From Hydrolagus affinis (lineage: Eukaryota), in assembly GCA_012026655.1 (NCBI GenBank), contig JAAILG010001389.1, positions 1-64,000 on the forward strand: 64,000 nucleotides of DNA, written 5' to 3'. Position numbers and translations under genes: made by a program. Below, in pieces: positions 1 through 13,159 of the stretch (position 1 is its first letter; each line of letters starts with the position of its first letter). A model generated the notes under the pieces. It was not told the DNA's origin. It worked only from the letters and a program-made list of their open reading frames with translations, and ran no database searches.

Positions 1-728
1 GGGGGTTCTGGCAATTATTCACACACGCGATTGATTGAAATTGACAGCACATTGGCACAGTGCTTTTGGCGCCCAGCCATAGCCACACTGCATTGAGTGG
101 ATTGCAGTCAAGCTCTCCTTTGCTTGCTCTGTGCGCTTCCCTTCTTTGCAATGGCAGTTCACAGATGAGCTTCCATTTACAAGCTGCTTGTGTTAGCAAA
201 CTCGGCGCAAACGTGTGATATTCAACATTATTCTGCCAAGCAGCTGAACAAACTTCCTGCTCATTTCCATAATTTTTGCGTTGCTATTGAAATGTTCCTA
301 TACTTTGAAAACACAATGGAAGTGACAAGTTGTTCAGTGAATCTTTAGATTTCAATTTATCCGTGACAGCAAATACTCAGGAAGAATAATGCAGTAATAA
401 TAATAATCGTAATCATAAAATTAACTTTGCATTCAATTTACTGTAGCATCTTTCGCATCATGTCATGAGGACATCTCTCTACTCTGAATCAATGTACTAA
501 AGAAAGCCCTTTCTCTTCGCCTTGGTGAAGACTTACATTTTGCAGTGAGTGGACAACTTGTTAAACCCGTCTTTATTTTGAATCCGGATTTCTCTTAGTT
601 TCCTTTAAAGGGAACAACTTCAAAACTGAGACTGAACTCAGCAATCTGATCAATTCTGCATGCTCAAAAACACTATGTTAATAGACGAAATCCAGGCACA
701 GGTGGAATTTCCTTAAGGAACTTAGCAA

Positions 729-1062
729 AAGTTCCTGTAGCTTTGTGGTTAGAGTACTCGCCTTACAAGCGTGAGACCTGTGTTTGAATCCAGGCAGATC
801 AGGGCGAAACCTTGGGCATGTTTCCTTACTCCACACGCCGAATAATAATCCATCCAAAAAACACACAATAATAAAAATTGGTAATTTCAATCCAAACTGT
901 TTGTGGGGACACTGCTGTGCGCAATTGGCTGCCGCGTTTCGCTCACAAAATACTGTATACAGTCAATTCACTTTGCAGTATATTCTGTGAAGCGCTTTGA
1001 GACGTCATAAGACGTGAAAAGCGCTTACATCAAATGCAAGGATTATTATTATTATTATTATT
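729..1062 (+). mobile_element. tRNA-derived SINE, full length, short subfamily (TAC anticodon-like loop)
   Basis: tRNA-like head (TAGCTTTGTGG A-box, GTTTGAATCC B-box, CTCGC-CTTACAA-GCGTG arm); body GGGACACTGCTGTGCGCAATTGGCTGCC; tail ATCAAATGCAAGG(ATT)n; many copies in the window. Confidence 0.93.
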
Positions 1063-1624
1063 AAAAAGAATCCAGCTTCAAAGTTGTGCCTGAATTCAGT
1101 AACTTCCCAAATTCCGAAAAGCTCTGAAATGTACCTTCGACTCCCGGTCAGTGCTAAGTGAGGTTTCTGGAGCACTGAAATATTAAATAGGTCATCTCTT
1201 TGATTTCAGGTGGCATGGGAAAACGGGAGCACTGAGGCCCAAATCTCCCTCTGCTGGTGCTCGCTCCTCCACTGGAACTTGCTACTCTGATCCCAATACC
1301 CTGCCCTTTCCCCGTAGCCTTTCATACCTGTCCTCTTCCATCAATGCGCAAGTTCTGAGGCCAAAACACCAGATGGTGTGCTACATAGCTGCAAAGCATC
1401 AGTTGCAGAGAGAACAACTGGCTGGCCCAGACCTGTCACACTTTGTCTGTGACTGATCGCAGTCCAGCCTCTCGGTGACCATGGGAAGCCCAATTTTCCT
1501 GGCTGGGACAAAATACTTTTTTACAGAAGGAATTTTTTTAAACACTGATGAACCAACATGACGGGTCAAGGCCTTTAGTTCAGTGCAAACCGAAGCATGT
1601 CAGAGGGCAAAATTCCATCCACCT

Positions 1625-1997
1625 AGGTCTCAACTTCAAAGATCCTCACACTGGTGTTCAAATCCATTCACTCCCTGGCAAGTCCCTACCTCTCCGACCT
1701 CCTGACTCCCCAATCCACCACCTGGTGCCTCCACTCAGCTGGCACTGGCTTCCTGCTCATCCCTCGCACCCTCCACCCCACCATCGGAGGTCGTGCTTCG
1801 GGCCATTACACCCCAAAACTCTGGAACACTTCCCGTCAATCCCGCCACTTGGTCCCCTCTTTCCCCCTTTCATGTCCCACCTGAAAACTTTCCTCTTCGT
1901 CGTGCTTACGGCCACCTCCCAGCTCCCTCCTCCCCCTGGCTCAGAGTCAGAGCTTGGAGGGCGCCGTATCAATGCAAGTTGTTATGGTTGTTGTTGT
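1625..1997 (+). mobile_element. L2-clade LINE 3' remnant
   Basis: Translates to FKSIHSLASPYLSDLL...IGGRA...PKLWN (L2 ORF2 C-terminus); ends in (GTT)n; similar to 10610-11129. Confidence 0.85.
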
Positions 1998-3294
1998 AGA
2001 TTTCCTCTGGTCTCTTTGAATTTCACATCGGACAGGATTTGGCAATTTGGTAAATCGGGTTTTAACTTTGAAGCCAGTTTTCAATTAAGTCCTTTCCATA
2101 ACTGCTGGGGAGAATTTCAAAATCTGGGGCTTTCGATTTACTCTGTGCATTTCCGAACATGCAAAATCACTCGATGATGATCACATCACGCTGATAATCT
2201 GAATCTCTTTATTTAAACCAAGTATCAATTGCTCAAAACAAACTCCATTATATAACACCGTTCTGTCCAGATACCCTGAGATTAAAAGGTTACTTATAAA
2301 ATATCTGGCAAAGGAGATGGTAATAGACATTCGACTGAGACATTAAATGCAAAAAAAAATGTTCATTTTTTTCGAGCTCTTCATCACAAATGGTCATTAA
2401 AAACGCATCAAGGCTAAAAAAAAACCAACCTTGTCAACCTTCATAATTGGTCTCTGGGGAAGCTAAGCACTGAGCCTAACAGTGCAGAAACATCCTTGCC
2501 CGCTGTGCGTAACGTAAAATTAAGCCAAGATTTCTCCCTCTTCGTTTCTTTTGTTCACCAGTTTCCAGAAAGTCGTCGCAATTGCACTCTATGGGAGCAT
2601 TTAAATATACAGTGGAGAGTGAGAGGAGATGAAGTGGGGGAGAGTTTACAGGGCACTGTCCCATTGTATTAAGCAAAAAAATATCTATTTTATTGGCGCC
2701 TTGTGATATTGTGTTTTGCTCACCATCAACTATAATATATTACATTACACTGCACGTACTATTTATCAGGTTTTGTCAAGAGAAAGGTTCATAAGCACTG
2801 AATATAAAACAGGGGCAGCTCACTATTAATTGGTTGTGATTTCCCTAATCCTCCGTTAACCAGTAATATTAAATCCAACAGCACCAGTGAAGACATCCTT
2901 ATTTTACTTTTAAAATTAAAATTAAAATCACGATTGCAAGCATAAATAATCTGCAAACACATCAAAGCAGCAAACGCAGAGCAACCTGCACACTTCACTT
3001 CACCGCCAACGATTTTCTGAACAAAAGGGGAATCGTTTTCAGTAAACTTAAGCCAATTATTCTCTACGCCATCCACCCCCACTCGATTCTCACTTGAAGA
3101 TGTGAATTTCTTCACTCGCGAGCCACATCAACGAGTCTGTCAGAATAGGCCTGTTTCAGCTGTTGCCAGTTTATTAGATTACCAGCAACCAGATGTGCTT
3201 CATTCTCAGAGGCCTCAGAAGGTGTTTGAAATTCAGTGCCTGTTCTCATTGAGATGCCCTCAGAATTTCAGGTGCCATCTCTCAGCTGGGCAAG

Positions 3295-3460
3295 AAGGGC
3301 TTTTGTGGGTCTTTGCTGTGCACAAAGCTGGCTGTAGCATTCGCCCACAGCACACAGCTGGATCTGCGCTTCACAGCAAATCCAGCAAAGCGCTTTGGGA
3401 CGTCCTCTCGATGTGAAAGGTGGTGTACCGAATGTAATGTAAGGATTATTATTATTGTTT
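3295..3460 (+). mobile_element. Degenerate Deu-type SINE 3' part
   Basis: TTTGTGGGTCTTTGCTGTGCACAAAGCTGGCTG...AAAGCGCTTTGGGACGTCC...GTAAGGATTATTATT. Confidence 0.7.
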
Positions 3461-5944
3461 ATATTGCGCCCCCACCCTCTTTGCCCCACAGTTTGGAACC
3501 AAAAGTTCTAAACCCAAGATTTCCTATTGTGATCACCTGTTATTTTATATACGAATAATGGCTGGCTGACTATTTTATATACATAGAAGAATGCTTTACC
3601 AATGTAGTTACTTCCAAAATCCGCAGAATATAATATGAGACATAGCACTGCAGAACACCAAACAGCCCCGCAGTTCAATCGCTTGATTTGTCAGGATTAG
3701 AAAATACAAGTGTCGTTAGCTATATTAATAATAATTCTTGCATTTGATATAATGCCTCACCATGTCTTTGAGACGTATCAAAGTGCTTCATAGAATATAC
3801 TGTAAAGTGTAATGACTGTGATTAATGTAGCTACTAAATCAGCAGTTTTATTCCCTGGAAAGTTTGTAAGGCAATCTCAACAAAAGTTGCAATTTTAAAA
3901 AAAATGTTCCTCGCTCTTTTCTGTCAGGGTCCATGATACAGCTGGATAATAATATTAATGTTCGCGTTTGATTTAACGCCTTATCACATGTCGAGACGGC
4001 TCAAAGCGCTGGACGGGATTTTACTGCAAAGTGTAGAGACTGCAGGGAGATGTGCCAGCCAGTTGCATTACCTGTCCCACTAACAGACATCAGTAAGTAA
4101 GTATAATCAGTTTTATCTGGAATGGATAGAAATCTTCTTCACCTATTTACTGAGGAAGGTTCCTAAGGTTATGTTAAGGGCTCACCATTCAATCTAACTT
4201 GGGTTGAGACATCTGGAAGGGGTGATAAGGCGCTATATCCAATGCAAGAATTATTATTATTAAAAACAAATTCCTCTGTTACATTACACAGATGTGCTCC
4301 AAAATCTTTTCATTGCATTTTCCTCATTTTGTTTGTTCAACAAGTTTATGGAAATCAGGTATACCCAGGGAAAAAGGAGATTTCTGCTATACATTTTGTA
4401 AAACAAAATAAGACTTGGCAGGTAGCAAAAGCACATTGATTAATAAGTACTACTACTAATAATAATCCTTGCAGTGAAACAATATAGAGCCTTTCACGTC
4501 AGGAGGACATCCGATACTAATACAATAATACTACTCTACGAATAATAATCCTTGCATTTAAAAACAGCGATCATAAAACACAACAGTTGCAAGTTACTTA
4601 CCACGTGTAAGATAAAGATTGCAGTCACCTCTAAACATTGGGGGCATAAAGCATCACAGAGATCAATAGCCACTGCCTTCTTAGGTGCAAGCTGGTGTGC
4701 TAAGGATCCACAGAAAATCAAGGCTCTTTTATAAGCTGCGACTCAGTCCGTTCAAATGCTCCGCTATCGTATTACTCAAAGACAGCGGCAGCAAGTGCCA
4801 GTGGTTAGAATTTCACTCTACCTCTTCGGAGATTATGAATGATAGTGCAAGTCTTTTGCTTTCATATTAGGTTCTTAGCAGCTGATGCTGTATCAGTTTG
4901 CTCATGAATAATTTATGGTGCCAAAGTACAATCCTAGTAAGATACAGTGGGCATGTTTTATCAGCTCTCCCACACTCTATTGATTATGGAGTATAACGCA
5001 TTTAATATAAGACATTAACAGGACCTTTTAGGTGAATTATTTAGTTTTTTTAGGTAATAGAAAAAAGGTTTGTGTTCCCTTTACAAAGGTACCAGAATCC
5101 CATTAGCATAACAATTGTTTTTCATATCAAATGCCTGGCTATCTTATTATTATTCCCTTCTATTTCATAACACAGCAACCACACATACACACGCATACAC
5201 ACACACCAGTCTCCCTCCCCACCCCCAGTCACCTTGTCATCATTTGGTTCAGTATCAAAAAGCTCTTGGGATTCGATTTGCCTCTAGAATTCTGTCCAGA
5301 GCCATAATACTTTATTATTATTTATAAAACTCCAAAGAAATAATACAAAACTAAACCCCAAAAAAATCCACCACTGCTGAGGAAAAACAAACACCATATC
5401 GTCCTATGAAAGACCGCTGACCGTGTAACCAAGTGCGTATTATCTTCGATAAAAATCAGCCCCCGAAAACTTTTGACCTTTCTTCTTTTTCTGAACCATT
5501 GGACAAACCAAAAATACAATTAATAAGCTTGGGCAAATAATGCCCAACTCTTCTGTATTCCCATAAAGCAAGACACCTGAACGGTTTGCGAACAAAACAC
5601 AAACAGCATTTGGAATCTGCCACCATTTTCACACTGAACGACTGACTGCGAAAATTTGCTAAGATGTAGACTGGCTCCCGCAGTGCGTTGTCCTCAGAAT
5701 GAAATTGAAAGGAGTTTTCGTGATCTGTTGCCATGTTTGAATTAGCCTTGTGCAGTCTCTGTCTGGCACAATGGTTTTGCAAGTTAACACAGCTCTCTTT
5801 GCTCAGCAAACACCTGGCTGCTTCATGTTTTAACCCCTCCCTGATTTGCCCCACATATTGCCAGCGGATTTTCAGGCATTCTGTTCCTCCCCCACACCCT
5901 CTCTCTCTGGAACCCACCGCCTCGCTCGCTCCCTCACTCAAGGA

Positions 5945-6303
5945 GACGTGTAATTTAGGGGTTAGAACACTCGCCTCAGAAGCAAGAGGACATGGGTTGG
6001 AATTCCGGAGGACGAAACGTTGGGCAAGTTTCCACATGCCTCTGTTTACCAAGCAGATAGTATGAATCCAGGTTGTTAGTCGATTAGCGGAATGCTTTTC
6101 CGGGGGTAATAATCCCTTCAAAAATAGAATAATAATTTGGTCACTCAATCCACAACTGTTTATGAGACAAGGCGCTGAGCTATTGGTTGCTGTGTTTCGC
6201 CCACAAAATATTCAGTTAATTCACGACAGGTGAAGCATTTTGAGACGTCCAGAAGACGAGATAAGGGAGCTTTATCAAACGCAAGGATTATTATTATTAT
6301 TAT
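5945..6303 (+). mobile_element. tRNA-derived SINE, long subfamily
   Basis: Degenerate tRNA head; extra central block CCTCTGTTTACCAAGCAG...GTTGTTAGTCGATTAGCGG; shared tail with (ATT)n. Confidence 0.85.
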
Positions 6304-7227
6304 TTAAGTCCGTCTCAAGTCATGTCTCTTTGACTGTACTTTCGACTCATCTCTCCCCCTCACAGTCACCACCCTCCTTGGCTCCCGCCAAGTCTCAAAT
6401 GCCAGCCCTTGGCATTAAGGGCTTTGAGACATCTTCCCAATGCGAAAGGTGTTGCGTAAATGTAAATTGCATTGTATTTTACGTATCAGGTCGGCTCAGA
6501 GCAGAAGGTTCTGGGATCAAGTCCTACATCTAGCCATTGAGCTCACTGTCAAACCCAGGACAATTAATAATTAATTGCTACTTACACATATCTCCCATCA
6601 AATCTTAGAACATACATATTAATATCAAACTTTAGCAGGGAAAAGTACAAGTGTTCAGACACTTAGCAGACTGGTTAGATGCAATAGGTCAAGACCAGGT
6701 TATTAATAAAGCTTTGAGATTTCCACATAGGATGGTGAATCTTATCCTAGTGCCTTGATTGGAAATGACAGGTCAACGCACACCAAGATAAAAAAAGAGA
6801 GAGGGAGAGAGAGCAGCTTGTAAAAGGTGAACAGTGTATAGTACTGTATAATCGAAAGGTGTACAACAGAAAAAAGAAAAAAGAAATATTTATACAGATC
6901 ACTGTAGGAATAGTAGCAAATCGGAAACCATTTACTTCAACAAATATGACTGGTAGTCAACCTGACAATAGTTAGTTCTATCGATCTAAAAGATATCGCC
7001 ACTGGCAAAATCACACCTCATAACCAGTCCAGTCTAGTAAAATGGATGGGAAATACCCCCAAAATCTCCCTCACCCACCCACCCACCCACCCACCACCAA
7101 TCAACTGGTATTTGGGGAATTATCTAGGAGTTGTTTCTGTTGGGTGTTTTAAGAGGTAATTCCAACCAGGTCGATGTCACAACTGCTCCTACACGTCATC
7201 TGGACAAAAGAGTTCAGGTGGAATACC

Positions 7228-7525
7228 GGAATATAGAAACAGGAGAAGGCTCTTCAGCCTCTCGTGCCTGTTCCGCCAGTCTGTAAGATCACGGCTGATC
7301 TCTATCTCAAGTCCAATGAATCCAGGTGCAATAATCACTCTCTCTTTTATCCGTCTTTAAATCCCACCTTGAAGAGCTACCTCTTCTACCGACCAAACCT
7401 ACGGTCACCTTCCCCCTCCCGCTCGTCCTTCAATAGGTGTCCAACCCCGCCACTCACTGTGCAGCGCTCCGAGACACTGTCCCGGGTGGAGAGGTGGGGT
7501 ATGAATGCATGTTGTTGTTGTTATC
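7228..7525. mobile_element. CR1 3' end (minus, ~7228-7310) followed by L2 3' remnant (plus, ~7335-7525)
   Basis: ATAGAAACAGGAGAAGGCTCTTCAGCCTCTCGTGCCTGTTCCGCCA resembles an antisense shark CR1 3'UTR; then TTTAAATCCCACCTTGAAGAGCTACCTCTT...(GTT)n. Confidence 0.65.
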
Positions 7526-7699
7526 GGGAGGAACTGAAAGCTCACATGCCACTCTCTCTGTTGTCTACAGGATGTTCTTGTACGTTGCACAAAGGTTGCA
7601 ATATGGTTCAACAGGCAGTCAACTCAACGCATCAACGAAGGTATCCATTTCTCTGTTAATATGTGGTTTGCTCAATTTATAATTCTGGTTCTTATATAC

Positions 7700-8110
7700 T
7701 TCTGCACATCCCTTTTTCTGTAACCCTTCATTGATTACAGTTTCAATCCTACCTCCTTAATCTTCTTTTGGGCCTAATGACAATAATTTTAGCGTCTTTA
7801 GCTGCTCAATGATCTACAACCTATCCGGGAGCTCTGATTCCTTCCCAATACCTCCACATTTCCTCTTAACTACACATAGACTCAGCTCACTAGCTCTTTA
7901 ATGCATTCTATGGATCTAATTACACAAGGCAACATTTTGTTTGCCTTTGCAAAAGCTGCTGCCTAACTTTCTCCCCGTAGTTAGGTGAACTTGCTTAATT
8001 ACACGATCTTCCTTTGCTAATCATAATTATAATTTTGCTGCTAATATAGATTACCTGACATTTCTCAGTTCTAAATGTCATCAGTTGCAATATATCTGCC
8101 CAGTCGCTAA
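7700..8110 (-). mobile_element. Ancient CR1-like LINE ORF2 remnant
   Basis: Minus strand reads KANKMLPCVIRSIEC, resembling the CR1 motif KANRMLGCIxRSI; highly degenerate. Confidence 0.4.
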
Positions 8111-9016
8111 GTCTCCCAGCTATTAACCTCAATACAATTTCTCCTTCAGGTGAGGACAATGAGATAGATTGAAGTTCTCATTTGCACAGTAGTGAAATGC
8201 TTAGAGCAAACACTGAGCCGAAAACTCTGGATGTTACAGCATGATATATATTTCCATTCAACCACCCACACCTTGGTTGCAAATCACAACTCACACTTCA
8301 TCGCACGTGTGAAGACAATTAAAATGTACTGAGCAATTTACTATCAAACACACAAAACATGTCATCTGTCATTCGATGTGGCAGATTTACTTTAAAACAA
8401 TGCCCGCCGAGAAAAAACTGTACATGTGGATAAACAACATGGGCGCCTGCCTTCAATTACATAGCTAAACTCTTCTAAAGCGCTTTGAGACTCTCTCCTG
8501 ACATGATAGGCGCTACATAATTGTAAAATGTTATTGAGATGTTGAAGGTGTGACGAGCCGTTATATCAATTGGTTGGATAAGTATCATTAGAAATATTAT
8601 TACTAGTTTATTGCCCTGCGATCCACGTGCCATTGGGAGGCTACACATGACAGACAGTGGATAGCTCACTCAAAACGCCACACAATACATAACACTCCTT
8701 TTGAAGGATCAGAAGGGCAATTGGTGATTGATTTTGAGCCTGCAGTTTCCCATTACGATGACAAATTATGTACGCGAAGACTTGTAGCTGGGATTTCAGG
8801 GTACGCCAGTCACAATAACGCAGGTATCATTACATTTATTTAAACACAGCAATTTGAGCCATCAACTTATTCCTGTCTCAGAAATGCATCGAGAGGATTT
8901 TTGGGGAAGTTGGTTGGACAAGCTGGGTGCATCAATGTTCTCTGCTATCTCACAAGAACAGCTAATTGTATTTGCACAGCGCCCTTTACTCACGGTGGTG
9001 TCTCGGATTATCCCAA

Positions 9017-9335
9017 AATAATAATAATCCTTGCATTTGATATAGCGCTCTTCACATCTTCTAGACGTTTGAAAGCGCTTCACAAAATATACTGTAAAGT
9101 GAATTGACTGTATATTTGTGGGTGAAACGCGGCAGCCAATTGCGCACAGCAGTGTCCTACAAAACAGTCGTGGATTGAAATGACCGATTTATTATAGGGT
9201 TTTTTTTGGACGGATTATTATTAGGAGTGTGGAGTATGGAAACATGCCCAAGGTTTCGCCCTGACCTGCCTGGATTAGAAACACAGGTCTCACTCTTGTA
9301 AGGCGAGTGCTCTTACCACTGCGCTACCGGACTCC
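9017..9335 (-). mobile_element. tRNA-derived SINE, full length, short subfamily (TAC)
   Basis: Close reverse complement of 729-1062; head begins GGAGTCCGGTAGCGCAGTGG. Confidence 0.95.
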
Positions 9336-9354
9336 AAATGCTTAAAGAACAGGT

Positions 9355-9560
9355 GGAAGTGCAGTGACTGTATATTTTGCGGCCAGTTGCACGCGGCAAT
9401 GTTTCACTAACAGCCATTGAGTGAGTGAGTGAGTGAGTGACCAATTTTATTTTGGCCAGGATACCGGGCGAGATAAACGCCTCCTGTTTTCAAATAATGT
9501 CGTGGGATGTTTAACGCCCACCTGAACAGGCAGACAGGAAGCTCGGTTTAATGTCTCAAG
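9355..9560 (-). mobile_element. Older DeuSINE (SacSINE1-like) fragment
   Basis: GGGATGTTTAACGCCCACCTGAACAGGCAGAC...CTCGGTTTAATGTCTCA is antisense to the Deu central domain. Confidence 0.75.
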
Positions 9561-10609
9561 ATGGGCAAAGAGGTAGGAACGGCAGAGGGATTGAGGCAGG
9601 CAGTTCCAGAGGTCCAGATCCTAAAAAAAATGTTAGGACGAAACTTGACGGTGTTTGTTTCAGGTCAGGTTGAGTTCAGTACAATGTGAGACACAGCGGT
9701 ATTTTAATGACACTGAGGCCAACCTCTATCTGTCCCGCAAAAAGTATTTTCTGCCTTCAACAAGGTCTCGATAATGCAAGGAGCGTGCAAGGACAGTCAG
9801 GAAACTCTCTGTCGGCAGACTGACTCGTCTGCTGATCAGATTGATTTTCCTTTTCAGCCATTTGAATGAGTTACTGAATAAACTTAATGTTCCTTCCACT
9901 TAACCCTCCAACTAACCTTAACCTATACAGTACAAGGGACTGTATAAAATGCCTCCAGCGCAGCATTATTAGCCTAATTTTAGCTTCATATTAGCAATCC
10001 TATCTTCCGCTTTTTTGTTTGACCGATCGATACAAGTTTACATCTACCAGGCACAGTGACGCACGTCGATAAGTACATGAATAAATTAATTCTTAATAAA
10101 TGAAACGCCTGGGAGACATATAGGAGCTCGGAACGCAGTTTCAGTGCTTAGTTAAGAGAGGAACTGAAACCACGCAATGCTCTGCTTCACTGTAAAGTGT
10201 AGTGACTGCCGTTGTGCATTTTGTCGGCGATCACTGTGGGAAATCTGCGCACAACAATGTCCCCCACAAACAGTCAGGAAAAGTGAGAGACTGATTTCAT
10301 CTGAAATATGTGAAATATAATTAAGGGAGACAATGGTTTGGAAGAAAATGAATCAATTGATCAGTGACTGAACTGTTCTAATTGTGGTTTGTTACCTTGT
10401 CCACCGTTGCTTCAATAAGGATCTGCAGGGAAAAAGAATCATTGTTCCAGCAAATTCATCTGAAAAGATTTACGGTCTTTGGCTGAATATTGTGAAGCAT
10501 TAATTAATACCTACCTGCACAGGTCATCAATTTAGTAAGCGTAAGCTTTAAGCTTCCTGTTCAGCTAAGACCATCCTATCCATAAGGGCTTTGTTTTCTC
10601 CCGCACTAG

Positions 10610-11129
10610 GCTCCCGTGTTCTCTCCCACATTAGGCTCCACGACCACATCACTCCCACCCTCGCCCGTCTCCACTGGCTCCCAATTCCCCCTGAGGATCG
10701 AATTCAAGATCCTCGTCCTCACTTTCAAGGCCATTCACGGTCTTGCCCCCACCTATCTCTCCGACCTGCTGTCTCCCTATCAGCCTGCCCGTCCCCTCCG
10801 TTCAGCAGGCTCTGGCCTGCTTTGTGCCCACCGCCCTAACATCGGTGGCCGGGCTTTCAGCCTCTCTGCTCCCACACAATGGAACTCCATCCCGCAATCC
10901 CTTCGCCTCACTTCCTCCCTTTCCTGCTTCAAGGCCAGTCTTAAGACCTTACTCTTCGACGTGCCGTCTGCTCCCCTCCTAACTCTTCCCCCTCTCCCAT
11001 TCTCCTTCCCCTACTCCGACCACCCTCCCCCCACTCACCGCTCGGGTCCCGACCTAGTTGTTCAGCGCCTCAGGACATCCTCCCGACGTGAAAGGCGCTC
11101 TATAAATGTAATTTTATTGTTGTTGTTGT
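10610..11129 (+). mobile_element. L2-clade LINE 3' end (ORF2 C-terminus with frameshift, plus 3'UTR)
   Basis: HITPTLARLHWLPI / RIEFKILVLTFKAIHGLAPTYLSDLL...GGRAFSLSAPTQWNSIP...FKASLKTLLF; tail GGACATCCTCCCGACGTGAAAGGCGCTCTATAAATGTAA(TTG)n. Confidence 0.93.
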
Positions 11130-11749
11130 CTTGAATAATGAAGGAAACTGAGTGGAAATGATTCCCTATCCTCAGTGACTGGGCTGCCCTTCCAAGTCTT
11201 GCCGATGAGCCAAGCTGGCTGAACTATAAGTCACCAGTGCCCTGGTATACTGCGAACCCACCTGGCTGTGAAGCCAGATCGCCCCCAGATCTGTCTCGAT
11301 TCCGACATTCCATTGCCGAACATGTCAGATTGGAGCCAGTTTGAACTATATGGAGATCCCACTTTAAAGAATTAACAGCAACACAATTTACATTTACACA
11401 AGTTCTTTCATATTGCCTTTCACATTGCAAAATTGACTGCCAGTGTCCCTCAGCGGAATATTCATCCCTGTATGTGATTAGAAACAATATTGATATTTGC
11501 AGCAACAAACTGTACAAAGGTGTGCGTTAACCAAAATTGTGTTGCACGTAATTGGTGCTTGATCAATGTGATATTGACATTTATTGTGCACGGACACACA
11601 TTCAACCAAGACAGACCGTTATTCTCAGTAGATGAGCAGAGTTGAACAGTTATCACTTTGTACCGAGAGATCGAAACTGCAAAGAATGATTGGCGCAGCA
11701 CATTCATGAGGAAAAGCAGAAACTCATCATCCAAAAACTCACTGAACAC

Positions 11750-11978
11750 GTGAAACCTTGGGCAAGTTTCCTTACTCCACACACCTGGTAATAATCCATC
11801 ATAAAAATAATAAACTGGTCATTTCAAACCATGACTGTTTGTGGGACACGCCTGTGCGCAATTAGCTGCTGCATTTCGCCCACATGTATACAGTGAAGCG
11901 CTTTGAGATGTCTAGAAGACATGAAAAGCGCTATATCAAAGGTAAGAATTCTTCTTCTTAGTATTATTAGTATTATTA
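11750..11978 (+). mobile_element. tRNA-derived SINE, 5'-truncated
   Basis: Starts at GAAACCTTGGGCAAGTTTCCTTACTCC; has the family body and tail. Confidence 0.88.
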
Positions 11979-12518
11979 TGCTATGTTGCATGCTACCAAA
12001 TTTGGCAAATTGTTAAATTAAGTCTTCATTTGAAAGCCTTTTTTGTAACATTACTGGAAAAGTCCCACAGAAAACAGCCCGTAGAAACTTTATGTCATAA
12101 TACAGATTGAGGCCATTGAACTGATCTCTTTGTCTCAAGTGCCCTTTCCTGTCCTTTCATGTGAAAGAACTGGACCCACTGTACAGAACAGGTCAAGTGC
12201 GGTGATATCTGCAGCAGCCACATGCTTCAACACAATATGCCAAGCTAGGTGGACGCGTCTGTGTTCAATACACAGCATTGAAAGTGAAGATGATTAACTC
12301 TGGAGAATGAAAGCGTTTAAAATTTTGACTGGCGTTAATCAGGATCGAAAGTCAAAATTAACTCTCAAAGTTCTTCACAGAATATAAGCATGAAAACCTG
12401 TCCGGTGAGGGATTTTCTCTGGTTTTGATCCTGGAGATAAACATTGCATCCCTGTTATTACTGCTGGTGTCTTATCTGCAACACGCTGCTGCCTCAAGGT
12501 TGCATTGCAAGCAAATAG

Positions 12519-12618
12519 NNNNNNNNNNNNNNNNNNNNNNNNNNNNNNNNNNNNNNNNNNNNNNNNNNNNNNNNNNNNNNNNNNNNNNNNNNNNNNNNNN
12601 NNNNNNNNNNNNNNNNNN
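12519..12618. other. Assembly gap (100 N), followed by (GGGA)n to ~12654
   Basis: Run of N next to a microsatellite. Confidence 0.99.
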
Positions 12619-13159
12619 GGGAGGGAGGGAGGGAGGGAGGGAGGGAGGGAGGGAAATCCTCATGGATTAGGGCAATATATTTATCTGGGCTTCCACATGA
12701 GCACTCCAATTTCAATATGGATTCACCAATACAGAAAGTCCTACAATTTCTTGAGGAACTACTTGGCTCCATGCGCTGGGGTGAAAACATGCGATCTGTG
12801 ATGTGTCAATTAACACCGGTGTCAATTAGTGTCCTATTTAAAAAGGGCAGCCAACACGCTGAGGTAAGCGAAGACATTAACTGATCCATTGGTGTGGACT
12901 TTGGTGGTCAGAAAAGTCCTACAAACAGGCACAAAGACCTGATAAAGTGGAACGATTACTGGTAAGAACACTGAGAGAAACGCGTCTGTTTATCAAACAG
13001 CCAGCTCTGGTTAATTTTTAACATCCACCTGAACGAGTGGATGAGAGCTCAGTTTAACATCCCACCCTGAGGAAGGCATCTCTAACATTGCAGCAATTTC
13101 CCAAAAACGTGTCTGCAGTTGATTGTGAGCTCAAGTGGTGACGTGTGATGTGGACCCAT

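Noticed and set aside
5456-6148. Longest ORF (230 aa, minus strand)
   Set aside because: It starts inside an antisense SINE and has no recognisable domain; a chance ORF.
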